Shown here: positions 30,507-46,480 of the stretch, one piece after another
Layout of the letters: the number at the start of each line of letters is the position of its first letter
Numbering within the stretch: position 1 is the first letter of the stretch
NCBI RefSeq assembly: GCF_009914755.1
Contig: NC_060940.1
Length of the DNA stretch: 64,000 nt
Direction: 5' to 3' (one strand)
Origin: the human T2T-CHM13v2.0 reference genome, Homo sapiens
The notes under the pieces: generated by a model
The model's input: only the letters and a program-made list of their open reading frames with translations
The model's database searches: none
Told to the model about the DNA's origin: nothing
Position numbers and translations under genes: made by a program

Positions 30507-32620
30507 AGTCGACCTCACCAGGCCCAGCTCATGCATCTTGGTGGCCCCTCCAGGCCCAGCCTCTGCCTCCCGTCAGCCTCTACAGTCCCAACGTCTGCCT
30601 CACAGCAGATTCTTCACGCCCAGCATCTACCTCACTGTGGACCCCCCAAGCCAAGCTCCCAACCTTTCAGCAGCTTCTACACACCCAGCTCCTGCCACCC
30701 AGTGGCCTCTTTAGGCCAAGCTCATGCTTCACAAGGGCCTTTCCAGGCCCAACTTTTGTCTCATGGCAACCTTCCCTGGCCAGATTCCTGCCTGTCTCCC
30801 AGCAGCCTAGACAGGCCCAGGTCTTGCCTCACACTGGCCTCTCTACATCCAGCTTATGCCTCACGGTGGCCTCTCCACGCCCAACTCCTGTCCCAGGACG
30901 TCATCTCCGGGCCCAAAACTTACTCAAGTCAGACTCTCTAGTCCCAACTGCTGCCTCCTGGTGGCCTATGAAGGCCCAAAATCTCAAGTTGACCTGTCCA
31001 GGCCCAGCTCCTGCCTCCTGTCAGCGTCTACAGGCCCAACCTCTGCCTCATGGGGGCTTTTCCAGGCCCACCTCTTCCTCTTGGCTGGGTCTACAGGCAC
31101 AACTGCTGCCTCACAACAGCCTTTTTTGGCCCAGTTCCTGTCCAGCTCATGGCGGCCAATGTAGGCCCAAAACTTCCTCAAGTCAAACTCTCCAGGCCCA
31201 CCTTCTGCTTCCCGGTGGCATCAACAGGCCCAGCTTTGACTTGAGAACAGCCTCTGCAGGCCCTGCTCTTGCCTCCCAGGGGCTTTTTCCAGGCCCAGCT
31301 CTTGCCTCGTGGCAGCTGCCCAGGCCAAATTTCTGCCTGCCTGCCAGCAGCCTCAACAGGCACAGCTCCTCCCTCACAGTGGCCCATTTAGGCCCAACTC
31401 ATGACTGTGAGGCCATTTCCAGGCCTAGTGCCTGCCTCGTGGCTGACTCTTGAAGCCCAAAACTTCCTCAAATCAGCCTTTTGCCCAACTTCTGTCTACT
31501 GTTGGACTCTACAGGCCAGCCTCTGCCTCACAGTGGACCCTCCAGACTCAGATGGTGTCTCACTGTGGCATCCTCAGGCGAAGCTCCTGCCTTTCGGCAG
31601 CCTCTCCAGGCCCAGCTCCTCCTGCCTCCCAGTGGCCTCTTTCGGCCCAGCCCAGCTCATGCCTCCCGGCGGCCTTCCCAAGCCCCGCTTTTGACTTTCG
31701 GTGGCCTCTGCAGGCCTCGACAAGGCCCAGCCTCCTGCCTCCCGAAGGCCTGCACAGGCCCAGCCTCTGCCTCACAGCGGACTCTCCACGCCCAGCTAGC
31801 TGTTGCCTCACTGCGGCCTCCCGAGTCCAAAGCTCCTGCCTCTCGGCCGCTTCGGCAGGCCCAGCTCCCGCCTGCCAGTGGCCTCTTCAGGCCCATGGGG
31901 CTCATTCCTGACAACGGCCTTTCCAGGCCCAGTTTTTCCCTTCCGGCGGCCTCTCCGGGCCCAGAACCTCCTCAAGTCGGCCTCTCCAGACCCACTTGCA
32001 CCCTCCGGGCATCCTCTCCGGGCCCAGCTCTTCTTCCTGGTTGCGTCTCCAGGCCCGATTCCTGCTTCTCAACAACCTCTTTGGACTCAGTGCCTACCCA
32101 TCTCCTGGCGGCCTTGGTCGGCCCACAGCTTCCTCAAGCCAAGCTCCCCAGGCCCAGGTCAGGCCTCACGGTGGCCTCTCCAGGATGAGCTCCTGCCCTC
32201 CGATGGCATCTCCAGGCCCCAAATGGTCTCCGGTCGGTGGGCTCCTCCACGCCAAGGTTGGGCCTCCCGGCGACCGCCGCAGGCCCAAGTTGTCCTGAAG
32301 TCGGGCTCTCCCGGCCTTGCCTCCCAGCAAGTAAGCAAGCTCTTTTGGCTCAACTCCTGCCCAGCTCCCAACCGCCTTTGTAGGCCCCGAACTTTCTCCA
32401 GCCAAGCTCTGAGGGCCCACCTCCTGCCTCCTGGTGGCCTGTACAGTTCTAGCACTGGTTAGAGAACAGCCTCTGCAGGCCCCGCCCTTGCCTCCCAGGG
32501 GCCTCTCCAGGCCCAGCTCTTGCCCCCACGGCGGCCTCCCGGGGCCAAGTCCCTGCCTGCCTCCCAGCAGCCCGCGTACGGCCCAGCTCCTCCCTCACGA
32601 TGGCCTGTTGATGCCCAACT
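30267..32620 (+). repeat. Diverged GC-rich 32-bp tandem array, roughly 73 units
   Basis: Successive units ggcccagctcctacctcccggcagcctctcca (32), ggcccagaactttctccagtcagcctctaca (31), gaccaagctcatgactcacaatggcctattta (32) and so on. Consensus approximately GGCCCAGCTCCTGCCTCMCRGYRGCCTCTCCA. Confidence 0.85.
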
Positions 32621-32647
32621 CATGCCTCTGGCACCCTGCCCAGAGGC

Positions 32648-34847
32648 GTGAGCCCCTGTCTCACACTGGCTCCTCCCACGCTGAGAGAGGTCAGTGTGAG
32701 CCCTTGCCTCACACCGGCCCCTCCCACGCGGACAGAGGTCAGCGTGAGCCCCTTGCCTCACACCGGCCCCTCCCACGCTGAGAGAGGTCAGTGTGAGCCC
32801 TTGCCTCACCCCGGCCCCTCCCACGTGGACAGAGGTCAGCGTGAGCCCCTTGCCTCACACCGGCCCCTCCCACGCTGAGAGAGGTCAGTGTGAGCCCTTG
32901 CCTCACACCGGCCCCTCCCACACGGACAGAGGTCAGCGTGAGCCCCTTGCCTCACACCGGCCCCTCCCACGCTGAGAGAGGTCAGTGTGAGCCCTTGCCT
33001 CACCCCAGCCCCTCCCACGTGGACAGAGGTCAGCGTGAGCCCCTTGCCTCACACCGGCCCCTCCCACGCTGCGAGAGGTCAGCCTGAGCCCTTGCCTCAC
33101 ACCGGCCCCTCCCACGCTGAGAGAGGTCAGCCTGAGCCCTTGCCTCACACCGGCCCCTCCCACGCTGAGAGAGGTCAGCCTGAGCCCTTGTCTCACACCG
33201 GCCCCTCCCACGCTGAGAGAGGTCAGCCCGAGCCCCTCGCCTCACACCGGCCCCTCCCACGCTGAGAGAGGTCAGCCTGAGCCCTTGCCTCACACCGGCC
33301 CCTCCCACGCTGAGAGAGGTCAGCCCGAGCCCCTCGCCTCACACTGGCCCCTCCCACACTGAGAGAGGTCAGCCTGAGCCCTTGTCTCACACCGGCCCCT
33401 CCCACGCTGAGAGAGGTCAGCCCGAGCCCCTTGCCTCACACCGGCCCCTCCCACGCTGAGAGAGGTCAGCCTGAGCCCTTGCCTCACACCGGCCCCTCCC
33501 ACGCTGAGAGAGGTCAGTGTGAGCCCCTTGCCTCACCCCGGCCCCTCCCACGCTGAGAGAGGTCAGTGTGAGCCCCTTGTCTCACACCGGCCCCTCCCAC
33601 GCTGAGAGAGGTCAGCCTGAGCCCTTGCCTCACACCGGCCCCTCCCACGCTGAGAGAGGTCAGCCCGAGCCCCTCGCCTCACACCGGCCCCTCCCACGCG
33701 GACAGAGGTCAGCGTGAGCCCCTTGCCTCACACCGGCCCCTCCCACGCTGAGAGAGGTCAGCCTGAGCCCTTGCCTCACACCGGCCCCTCCCACGCTGAG
33801 AGAGGTCAGCCCGAGCCCCTCGCCTCACACCGGCCCCTCCCACGCTGAGAGAGGTCAGTGTGAGCCCTTGCCTCACACCGGCCCCTCCCACGCGGACAGA
33901 GGTCAGCGTGAGCCCCTTGCCTCACACCGGCCCCTCCCACGCTGAGAGAGGTCAGCCTGAGCCCTTGCCTCACACCGGCCCCTCCCACGCTGAGAGAGGT
34001 CAGCCCGAGCCCCTCGCCTCACACCGGCCCCTCCCACGCGGACAGAGGTCAGCGTGAGCCCCTTGCCTCACACCGGCCCCTCCCACGCTGAGAGAGGTCA
34101 GCCTGAGCCCTTGCCTCACACCGGCCCCTCCCACGCTGAGAGAGGTCAGCGTGAGCCCCTTGCCTCACACCGGCCCCTCCCACGCTGAGAGAGGTCAGTG
34201 TGAGCCCTTTGCCTCACCCCGGCCCCTCCCACGCTGAGAGAGGTCAGCCCGAGCCCCTCGCCTCACACCGGCCCCTCCCACGCTGAGAGAGGTCAGTGTG
34301 AGCCCTTGCCTCACACCGGCCCCTCCCACGCGGACAGAGGTCAGCGTGAGCCCCTTGCCTCACACCGGCCCCTCCCACGCTGAGAGAGGTCAGCCTGAGC
34401 CCTTGCCTCACACCGGCCCCTCCCACGCTGAGAGAGGTCAGCCCGAGCCCCTCGCCTCACACCGGCCCCTCCCACGCGGACAGAGGTCAGCGTGAGCCCC
34501 TTGCCTCACACCGGCCCCTCCCACGCTGAGAGAGGTCAGCCTGAGCCCTTGCCTCACACCGGCCCCTCCCACGCTGAGAGAGGTCAGCCCGAGCCCCTCG
34601 CCTCACACCGGCCCCTCCCACGCGGACAGAGGTCAGCGTGAGCCCCTTGCCTCACACCGGCCCCTCCCACGCTGAGAGAGGTCAGCCTGAGCCCTTGCCT
34701 CACACCGGCCCCTCCCACGCTGAGAGAGGTCAGCGTGAGCCCCTTGCCTCACACCGGCCCCTCCCACGCTGAGAGAGGTCAGTGTGAGCCCTTGCCTCAC
34801 ACCGGCCCCTCCCACGCGGACAGAGGTCAGCGTGACCCCCTGCCTCA
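32648..34847 (+). repeat. VNTR/minisatellite, 48-49-bp unit, about 45 copies
   Basis: Unit gtgagccc(c)ttgcctcacaccggcccctcccacgctgagagaggtcag(t/c). Highly homogeneous with a few variant types. Confidence 0.98.
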
Positions 34848-35170
34848 ACAGGCCACCGTGAGGGAGGAACAGGATCGCACTCGGGCTGCTGGGAGGTAGG
34901 CAGGGACTTGGGCCTGGGAGGTCGCGGTGGGGCGAGAGCTGGGCCTGGAGACTCCCCTGGGAGGCAACAGCGGGGTCTGCAGACGCCCTTCTCCAGCCGG
35001 AGCTGGGACTGTTCAGTCACTGGGAGAAGGGATGTGGGTCTGAAGAGCTTGGTTGCAGAAACTTCGGGGTCTACAAACGCAGGCGGGAGCTGAGCCAAAA
35101 GAGCTTGTTTGCTGGGAGGTGGGAGATGCAGCCAGGAGGAACAGCTGGGCAATGCGGGAGGCAGAGGCCA
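34845..35170 (-). repeat. Inverted segment of the 32-bp array
   Basis: The reverse complement of 34845-35119 aligns with 32320-32611. Confidence 0.9.
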
Positions 35171-36062
35171 GGCCTCCTCAAGTTGGCCTCTCAGACCCAC
35201 TTGCAGCCTCCCGGCGCCCCCTCCGGGCCCAGCTCTTCCTCCCGGCTGCATCTCCAGGGCGGACTCTGGCCCGACTCCAGGTCCCAACAACGTCTTTGGA
35301 CTCAGCTCCTGCCCAGCTCCCAGCGGCCCTGGTAGGCCCACAACTTCCCTAAGCCAAGCTCCCCAGGCCCAGCTCAGGCCTCGCGGTGGCCTCTCCAGGC
35401 TCAGCTCCTGGCCCTCCGATGACATCTGCAGGCCCCAAACGGCCTCCGGTCGGTGGGCTCCTCTAGGCCCAGCTTGGGCCTCCCGGCGGCCTCCGCAGGC
35501 CCAAATCGTCCCGAAGTCAGTCTCTCCAGGCTTAGCTCCAGCCTCCCGGCGGCCTCTGCAGGCCCAAGTCGTCCTCAAGTCGGCCTGGAAGTGGGCCTGG
35601 AAGAGCAGCAAGTCGGCCTCCCCGGGCCCAGCTCCGTCCTCTCGGCGGCCTCTCCAGGTGCAAAACTTCCTCGAGTCAGCCTCTCCAGGCCCAGCTCCTC
35701 CTGCCTCCCAGTGGCCTCTTTCGGCCCAGCCCAGCTCATGGCTCTCGGCGGCCTTCCCAGGCCCCGCTTTTGACTTTTGGCAGCCTCTTCAGGCGCAGAA
35801 CTTGATCTCCAGGCGGCCTTTGCAGGCCCGGCCTCCTGCCTCTCGAAGGCCTGCACGGGCCCGGCCTCGGCCTCGGCCTCACAGCGGACTCTCCACGCCC
35901 AGCTAGCTCTCGCCTCACTGCGGTCTCCCCAGTCCAAAGCTCCTGGCTTTCGGCCACTTCGGCAGGTCCAGCTCCTGCCTGCCAGTGGCCTCTTTAGGCC
36001 CAGCTCATTCCTCACGTCGGCCATTCCAGGCCCCGTTTTTCCCTTCCGGCAGCCTCTTGGCC
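35170..36062 (+). repeat. Second forward block of the 32-bp array, CpG-rich
   Basis: 35170-35530 resembles 31965-32320, and 35680-36060 resembles 31600-31955. Confidence 0.85.
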
Positions 36063-36182
36063 TCTAATTTGTTTATCTTTTGTGTATAAATCCCAAAATA
36101 TTGAATTTTGGAATATTTCCACCATTATGTAAATATTTTGGTAGGTAATTTATTTGGAGTGAGTTTCTGCGCCAAGCCCGAA

Positions 36183-40050
<3,868 letters not shown>

Positions 40051-40055
40051 TCAAG

Positions 40056-41660
40056 TTTTGTTTTTTTTGTTTGTTTTGTTTTTTGTTTTTGAAATGTAGT
40101 TTGACTCTTGTCACCCAGGCTGGAGTGCAGTGGCACGATCTCAGTGGCCTTCATACCTGGCTAATTTTTTGTATTTTTACTGGAGGTGGGGTTTTGCCAT
40201 GTTGGCCAGGCTGGTCTTGACCTCCCGACCTCAGGTGATCCACCCACCTCAGCCTCCCAAAATGGGATTACAGGCATGAGCCACCGCTCCCAACTTCATT
40301 CATTTTTACTTGAAAAACTCCGTTAAGCATTTTTTTAAGGTAGACCTAGTGGTCCTGAATGCCCTCAGCTTTGTTTGTCGAGGAAACACATTATTTCTTT
40401 TTCCTTTCTGAAGGACAGCTTTGTCAGACATAGTATTAGTTGCTGGCAGTTTTTTTCTTTCAGCACTTTGAATGTATTATTCGATTCTGTCCTGACCTGC
40501 AAAGTTTCTTTAACTTTTGACTATTTGATTATATTGTGACTTGGTGAGTATCTATTTGGTTTGAACCTCTTTAGGAATCTTTAAGCTTCATGGATTTAGA
40601 TGTCTAAATCTTTCCCATGATTTAGGCAGTTGTCAGCCATTCTTTAAATAAGCTTTATTCTCCTTTCTCTACTTTCCTTCTCAAACTCCCATAACCTGAC
40701 AATGGTTTGCTTAATGGTGTCTTATTGGCTTTCTTTTCTCTGTCTCTTTTTTTTTTCTTTTTGAGACAGAGTCATGCTCTGTCACCCAGGCTGGAGTGTA
40801 ATGTGTGGTCTCGGCTCACATTGCACTCCAACCTCCGCCTCCTGGGTTCAAGCGATTCTCCTGCCTCAGCCTCCCAAGTAGCTGGGACTACAGGTGTGTG
40901 CCACCACACCCGGCTAATTTTTGTATTTTTAGTAGAGATGGGGCTTTGTCATGTTGGACAGGCTGGTCTTGAACTCCTGACCTCTTAATCTGCCTGCCTC
41001 GGCCTCCCAAAGTGTTGGGATTACAGGCTTGAGCCACCACACCCAGCCTTCTTTTCTCTCTTTTATTCTTTTTTTCTCTGTCCTCTGACTGGATAATTTC
41101 GGAAGATCTATATTCAAGTTTACAGATTCTCTCTCCTGTTGAAGTTGACTATTGTGTTATATCACCCAGTCTGGTCTTGAACTCCTGGGCTCAAGCGATC
41201 CTCCCACCTTGGCCTCCCAAAGTGCTGAGTTTACAAGCATGAGCCACTGCATCCAGTCAGTCCCAGCACTTTGGGAAGCTGAGGTGGGAGGATCACTTGA
41301 GCTCAGGAGTTTGAGACCAGCCTGGGCAACGTACTGAGAACTTGTCTCTATATTAAAAAAAAAAAGAAAGTCTTTGGGAGGCCAAAGCGGGAGGATCACC
41401 TGAGGTCAGGAGTTCGAGACCAGCCTGGCCATCATGGTGAAACCCCATCTCTACTAAAAATACAAAAATTAGCCAGGTGTGGTGGCACACGCCTGTAGTG
41501 GTGGTGCATGCCTATAGTCCCAGCTACTCAAGAGGCTGAGGCAGGAGAATCACTTGAACTGGGAGATGGAGGTTGCAGTGAGCTGAGATCGCACCAGTGC
41601 ACTCCAGCCTGGGCAACAGAGTGAGACTCCATCTTATAAAAGGAAAAAAGAAAGAAAAGA
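40056..41660. mobile_element. Alu/L1M cluster: internally deleted Alu (-) 40056-40292, L1M pieces 40293-41150, AluS (-) 40747-41048, head-to-head monomers and Alu (+) 41152-41660
   Basis: Alu bodies plus L1M motifs such as ttctttcagcactttgaatgtattatt and gcttcatggatttagatgtct. Confidence 0.75.
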
Positions 41661-42118
41661 AAAATTCCATATCTGAGTGTTTACTCCTGAGTTTTTGAGA
41701 TTGTTATTAAGATCGTGGTCTACTGTGATGATTTGGGTTTGTTTGATAATCAGAAAAAAAGCATATTCTTTTAGGTGTTCAGCCACACTGCTTTGGTGTC
41801 ACAACTGCACATTGGTTTCACAGCTGCAGGACAAGTTCGAGCATCTTAAAATGATTCAACAGGAGGAGATAAGGAAGCTCGAGGAAGAGAAAAAACAACT
41901 GGAAGGAGAAATCATAGATTTTTATAAAATGAAAGCTTCCTCTGAAGCACTGCAGACTCAGCTGAGCACCGATACAAAGAAAGACAAACATCGTAAGAAG
42001 CAATAGTTTCTCTTACTATTCTGAGAGCCTTATCATTCTACATCCCATCTTCCTGTGAGATTGTCTTTGTAGCATTTAACTCTAATTGCAGTTCTCTTTT
42101 TAAAAATTGGCTTGCTTA

Positions 42119-42452
<334 letters not shown>

Positions 42453-42995
42453 GGGGTGAACTTGAAGGCAGGTCCTGTGTCCATCTTTTCAGATTCTGTA
42501 TCCCAGCACTTAGGACATAGACAAACACGAAGATGACAATCAATATTTGCCAAAATGAAAAAACAAAAGAAACATGTAACATCATGTAAAAGAAGCTGGT
42601 TAGGTGGAGAAATTTATTTACCATAGTCTTGCTTGTGGATCCAGTAGTGACTTTTACAGTTTATATCTAAATAGAAGCTGGAGGCTTTGTTGGGGACTCA
42701 TAGGCATAAAATATTATTTATTATAGAGTTAAATGCTACAAAGACAAATCTAATTAATAGGCCTATTTTCCTTTTTAAATTCTACTCATAATTTCTTCAT
42801 AGTTTTTATGATAAAAGTTTGGATTTTGATTAGAACTCCCATGATTTTGTGTCAGAATTAAAACTGGTATTAGAATAAATAATTCAAAAGCTAGAGAAAG
42901 AGTACAAAGAGAAGCCATGAGTTGCATTTGAATTATAATATTATGTCTTACAGATTTGGGGTATATGCTAAAGTTACCAAAGTTGTAGAAAATAA

Positions 42996-43305
<310 letters not shown>

Positions 43306-44089
43306 CCACAATGACTTTTACACATGTTGTTAAATCATCTTACAGATTTTATAATTTGGGGGAAGAAAAGTTTTACTAAATTGTCTTTTAATGGAAACTC
43401 TACAAGAACCAGAATCTTTGCTTTGTTCACTTATGTATCCATTCCTAGGCCTAGAAAAATGTCTGACACATAGCGGCAATTATTCATTGAATAAATGGAC
43501 CCAGCGATAGTACATTGGCTATGCTATATGCATACATTAAAGATGTAGATTATCGACTTTCAAAAGATAATTAATGTAACTTCTTACTGCTTCTGAACAT
43601 GTTTGTGAGTTATATTGCTGAGGGACCTTTGTCTTCTCATTCTTTCATCTTAACCCAGTGTTATAAAATTGAAATCACCAATATTATTCCATATCTAAAA
43701 TTAATATCTACCTTGTAAAAAATATCACTCTGCTGCATTTGAGAATAGACTTTTTAGGTAATAATGATGCAATCCATAGGGTTTTTTGGGGGCACAGAGG
43801 GATTCATGCTAACAGAACATTTTATTTTCTATTTTCCCAGAGCTGTAAAACATGAAATTACGGTAGTATAAGGCATATTTTTACTCTTTTTATAATTTTT
43901 TCTAAAAAAAATTAGTGTTTGTTCCCTATATAACTTTTAACTTTATAGGTAAATATTTGTTTCTTTCAGCTCCAGTTTTATGTGAAATAGAGTTTTCAGA
44001 TTTATGTAGCATGGAAAGTTTTAATACGTAAGAGTTACTGATTTTTGCCAATCATTTTCTCAATTATTTCTTTTTTATCTTTAGTTGAT

Positions 44090-44990
44090 TTTTTTGTAGT
44101 GACACATTTTGTTTCTAGTCTCATTTCCTTTTGTTTATATTCTATGTATATTTCATTTTTGGTTACTATGAGAATTACATATAACATCCTAGAGTTATAA
44201 CATTTTAATTTGAATTTATTTCAACTTAAGTTCAATCACATACCAAAATTCTACTGCTATATATATATAGCTCTACTCTTTTTATGTTATTGATGTGACA
44301 AATTATATCTTTATTCATTGTATACCAGCTAACAGATTTACAATTACATTTTATGCATTTGCCTTTTAAATTATGTAGAAAATAAAAAGCAGAGTTACAA
44401 ACCAAAATTACAATAGGACTGTTTTTATGTTTGTTTATGTATTTACCTTTACCAGAGAGCTTTGTATATTCATACAGCTTGCTTATTTACTTATATAGTT
44501 ATTGCCTAGAGTTCATTTATTTCAACCTGAAGGACTTAACACTTCCTGAATGGCAAATTCAGGGATAAATGGATTTTTTTCAGTTTTAAAAAAAAAATCC
44601 GGAAATGTCTTAATTTCTCCTTCATTTTTGAAGGATAAGTTTTCCAGCTATATATTTCTCAATTGACAGGTTTCTTCATTATTTTAAATATATAATCCAC
44701 TGCCTACTGGCCTTCAAGGTTTCTGCCGAGAAATCAGCTGCTAATGTTATCTGGATCCCTATCTGTGAGAGTTGCTCTTCTCTCTGAGTTTTCAACATTC
44801 TCCCATTATCTTTTTTTTGTTTGTTTTTGAGACAAATAATTGTACATATTCATGGGATACAGAGTGATATTTTGATACATGTATACAATGCCCAATGATC
44901 AAATAAGGATAATTAGCATATCCATCACCTCAAATATTTGTCATTTATTTGTATTGTGAACAGTCAACATTCTTTCTTCTAGTTTTTTAA
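44090..44990 (-). mobile_element. L1M fragments, including an L1MA-type 3' end at ~44810-44990
   Basis: aataattgtacatattcatgggatacagagtgatattttgatacatgtataca and ctgccgagaaatcagctgct. Confidence 0.65.
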
Positions 44991-46180
44991 ATTTATAAAC
45001 ATTTAAATTTTATTACAGAAATTTAAATTTTTTGATTCTGAAAAAGTCATATATGTATGCAACATTTTTTATCATTTATTTATATATTTATGCATCTTTC
45101 CTTTTAGTTTTGACAGAGATTTTCTATTTTATCATTATTTCAAAAGAACTCTTACCTGTATTTATTTATCAATTATATTTCCCTTGTTTTTTCCTAGTAT
45201 ATTAATTTATTTACTTATCTTCTAAAAATCCTCCATATAATCTGTTTATTTTGTTTCCTTTCTATAATTTCTTCAATAATTAGTTCTGTTCTATTTTCCA
45301 TTAAAATATTTAAATCTTGTATGAATTTTTGTCAGATTAGAAATTTAGGGCGTTTCTTAATTTCTCTATACTCTAGCTTTTGACTTTTTTTTTCTGACCT
45401 AAGAGGTATTTAGAGCACATTTTAGATTTTTTATTTTGACTAATCATTTAAAATGTATACTAATCATCAATTTAAATAAAAAACTGGTCTATAGTGACAA
45501 AAATTACAAATGAGCCTAACTAATAAATTATCAGCTGTGTTTATATGTATAAGCATGCACAGATTTTGGTAAATATGTACATAGTATGTTGGTGAGCTTA
45601 TTTTTATCATTCTTAACTCATTGTGTAGTCTAAACATTGGGGAAAAAATAAAATACAATAATCAGATGGTGTGAATAAGAAAATTGTTCTAATGTTTGTA
45701 AACCAAGCAACTGTTTTAACTGCTCCCCTCTTCCTGATTGACTTCTAAAAGGGATTGATCCATATTGGGTCCTATCATATACGTCACGGTATAACATCTC
45801 CAGCTATAAAATGGAAATTTGAGAATAACTTTGCTGCTACTCAGATACATTTTATTTCAAAAACATACACTAAGGTGTTGCTGTTGGATCTTTCCAAAAA
45901 CGTATTCACACAGAACTTTCAATCACACTGAGCCATATTTGAACAATCTTTCAAGGTCAGCTCTGGCATAAGCTAACATTATACCATTTAACTCAGAAGT
46001 TTCTTTAGTATTTGATTAATGGGTTTATGTTTGATATGTAATGTAATTTTCTAATACTAAATCAAGTGGTAATTTTGTTAGTCAAGTTGATTTAGTGGCT
46101 TGGGAAGAAAGCTTTTAATGTTCCCCTAATTTTTCTTACCTTTGACATGATCCTTTACATGTCTTATTTTGCTTAGTGAT

Positions 46181-46480
46181 TTTTCTTTTTTTTTTTTTTT
46201 TTGAGACAGGGTCTTACTCTACCACCCAGGCTTGAGTGCAGTGGTGCAATCACAGCTCATTGCAGCCTTGACCTCCCAGACTCAAGCTATTCTTCCACCT
46301 CAGCCTCCCAAGTAGCTGGTACTACAGGCACATGCCACCAAACTTGGCTAATTTTTGTATTTTTTGTAGAGACAGAGTTTTGCCAAATTCTCAGGCTGGT
46401 CTGGAATTTCTGGGCTCAAGTAATCCTGCCTTGGCCTCCCAACATGCTGATATTACAGACATAAGCCACAGTACCTGGCC
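46181..46480 (-). mobile_element. AluJ-type
   Basis: Poly-T followed by an antisense Alu body. Confidence 0.9.

Noticed and set aside
30244-32781. Long ORFs (367, 235, 219 and 156 aa) as protein-coding genes
   Set aside because: They overlap in all frames, are P/S/A/Q-rich with no recognisable domain, and are fully explained by a stop-free 32-bp repeat.
32648-34847. CRISPR-like array or repeat-protein gene
   Set aside because: The units are contiguous with no unique spacers, there are no cas genes, and the context is eukaryotic. Mixed 48/49-bp units break any reading frame.
32648-34847. PRDM9 13-mer CCNCCNTNNCCNC in the VNTR unit
   Set aside because: The closest string, cctcccacgctga, does not fit the consensus.
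34730-36067. 293-aa and 265-aa ORFs as genes
   Set aside because: They are translations of the VNTR end and the inverted and forward 32-bp array.
41677-42006. 109-aa ORF as a complete septin gene
   Set aside because: It has a non-ATG start in intronic sequence. Only the last 60 codons are septin-derived, and no GTPase exons occur in the window.
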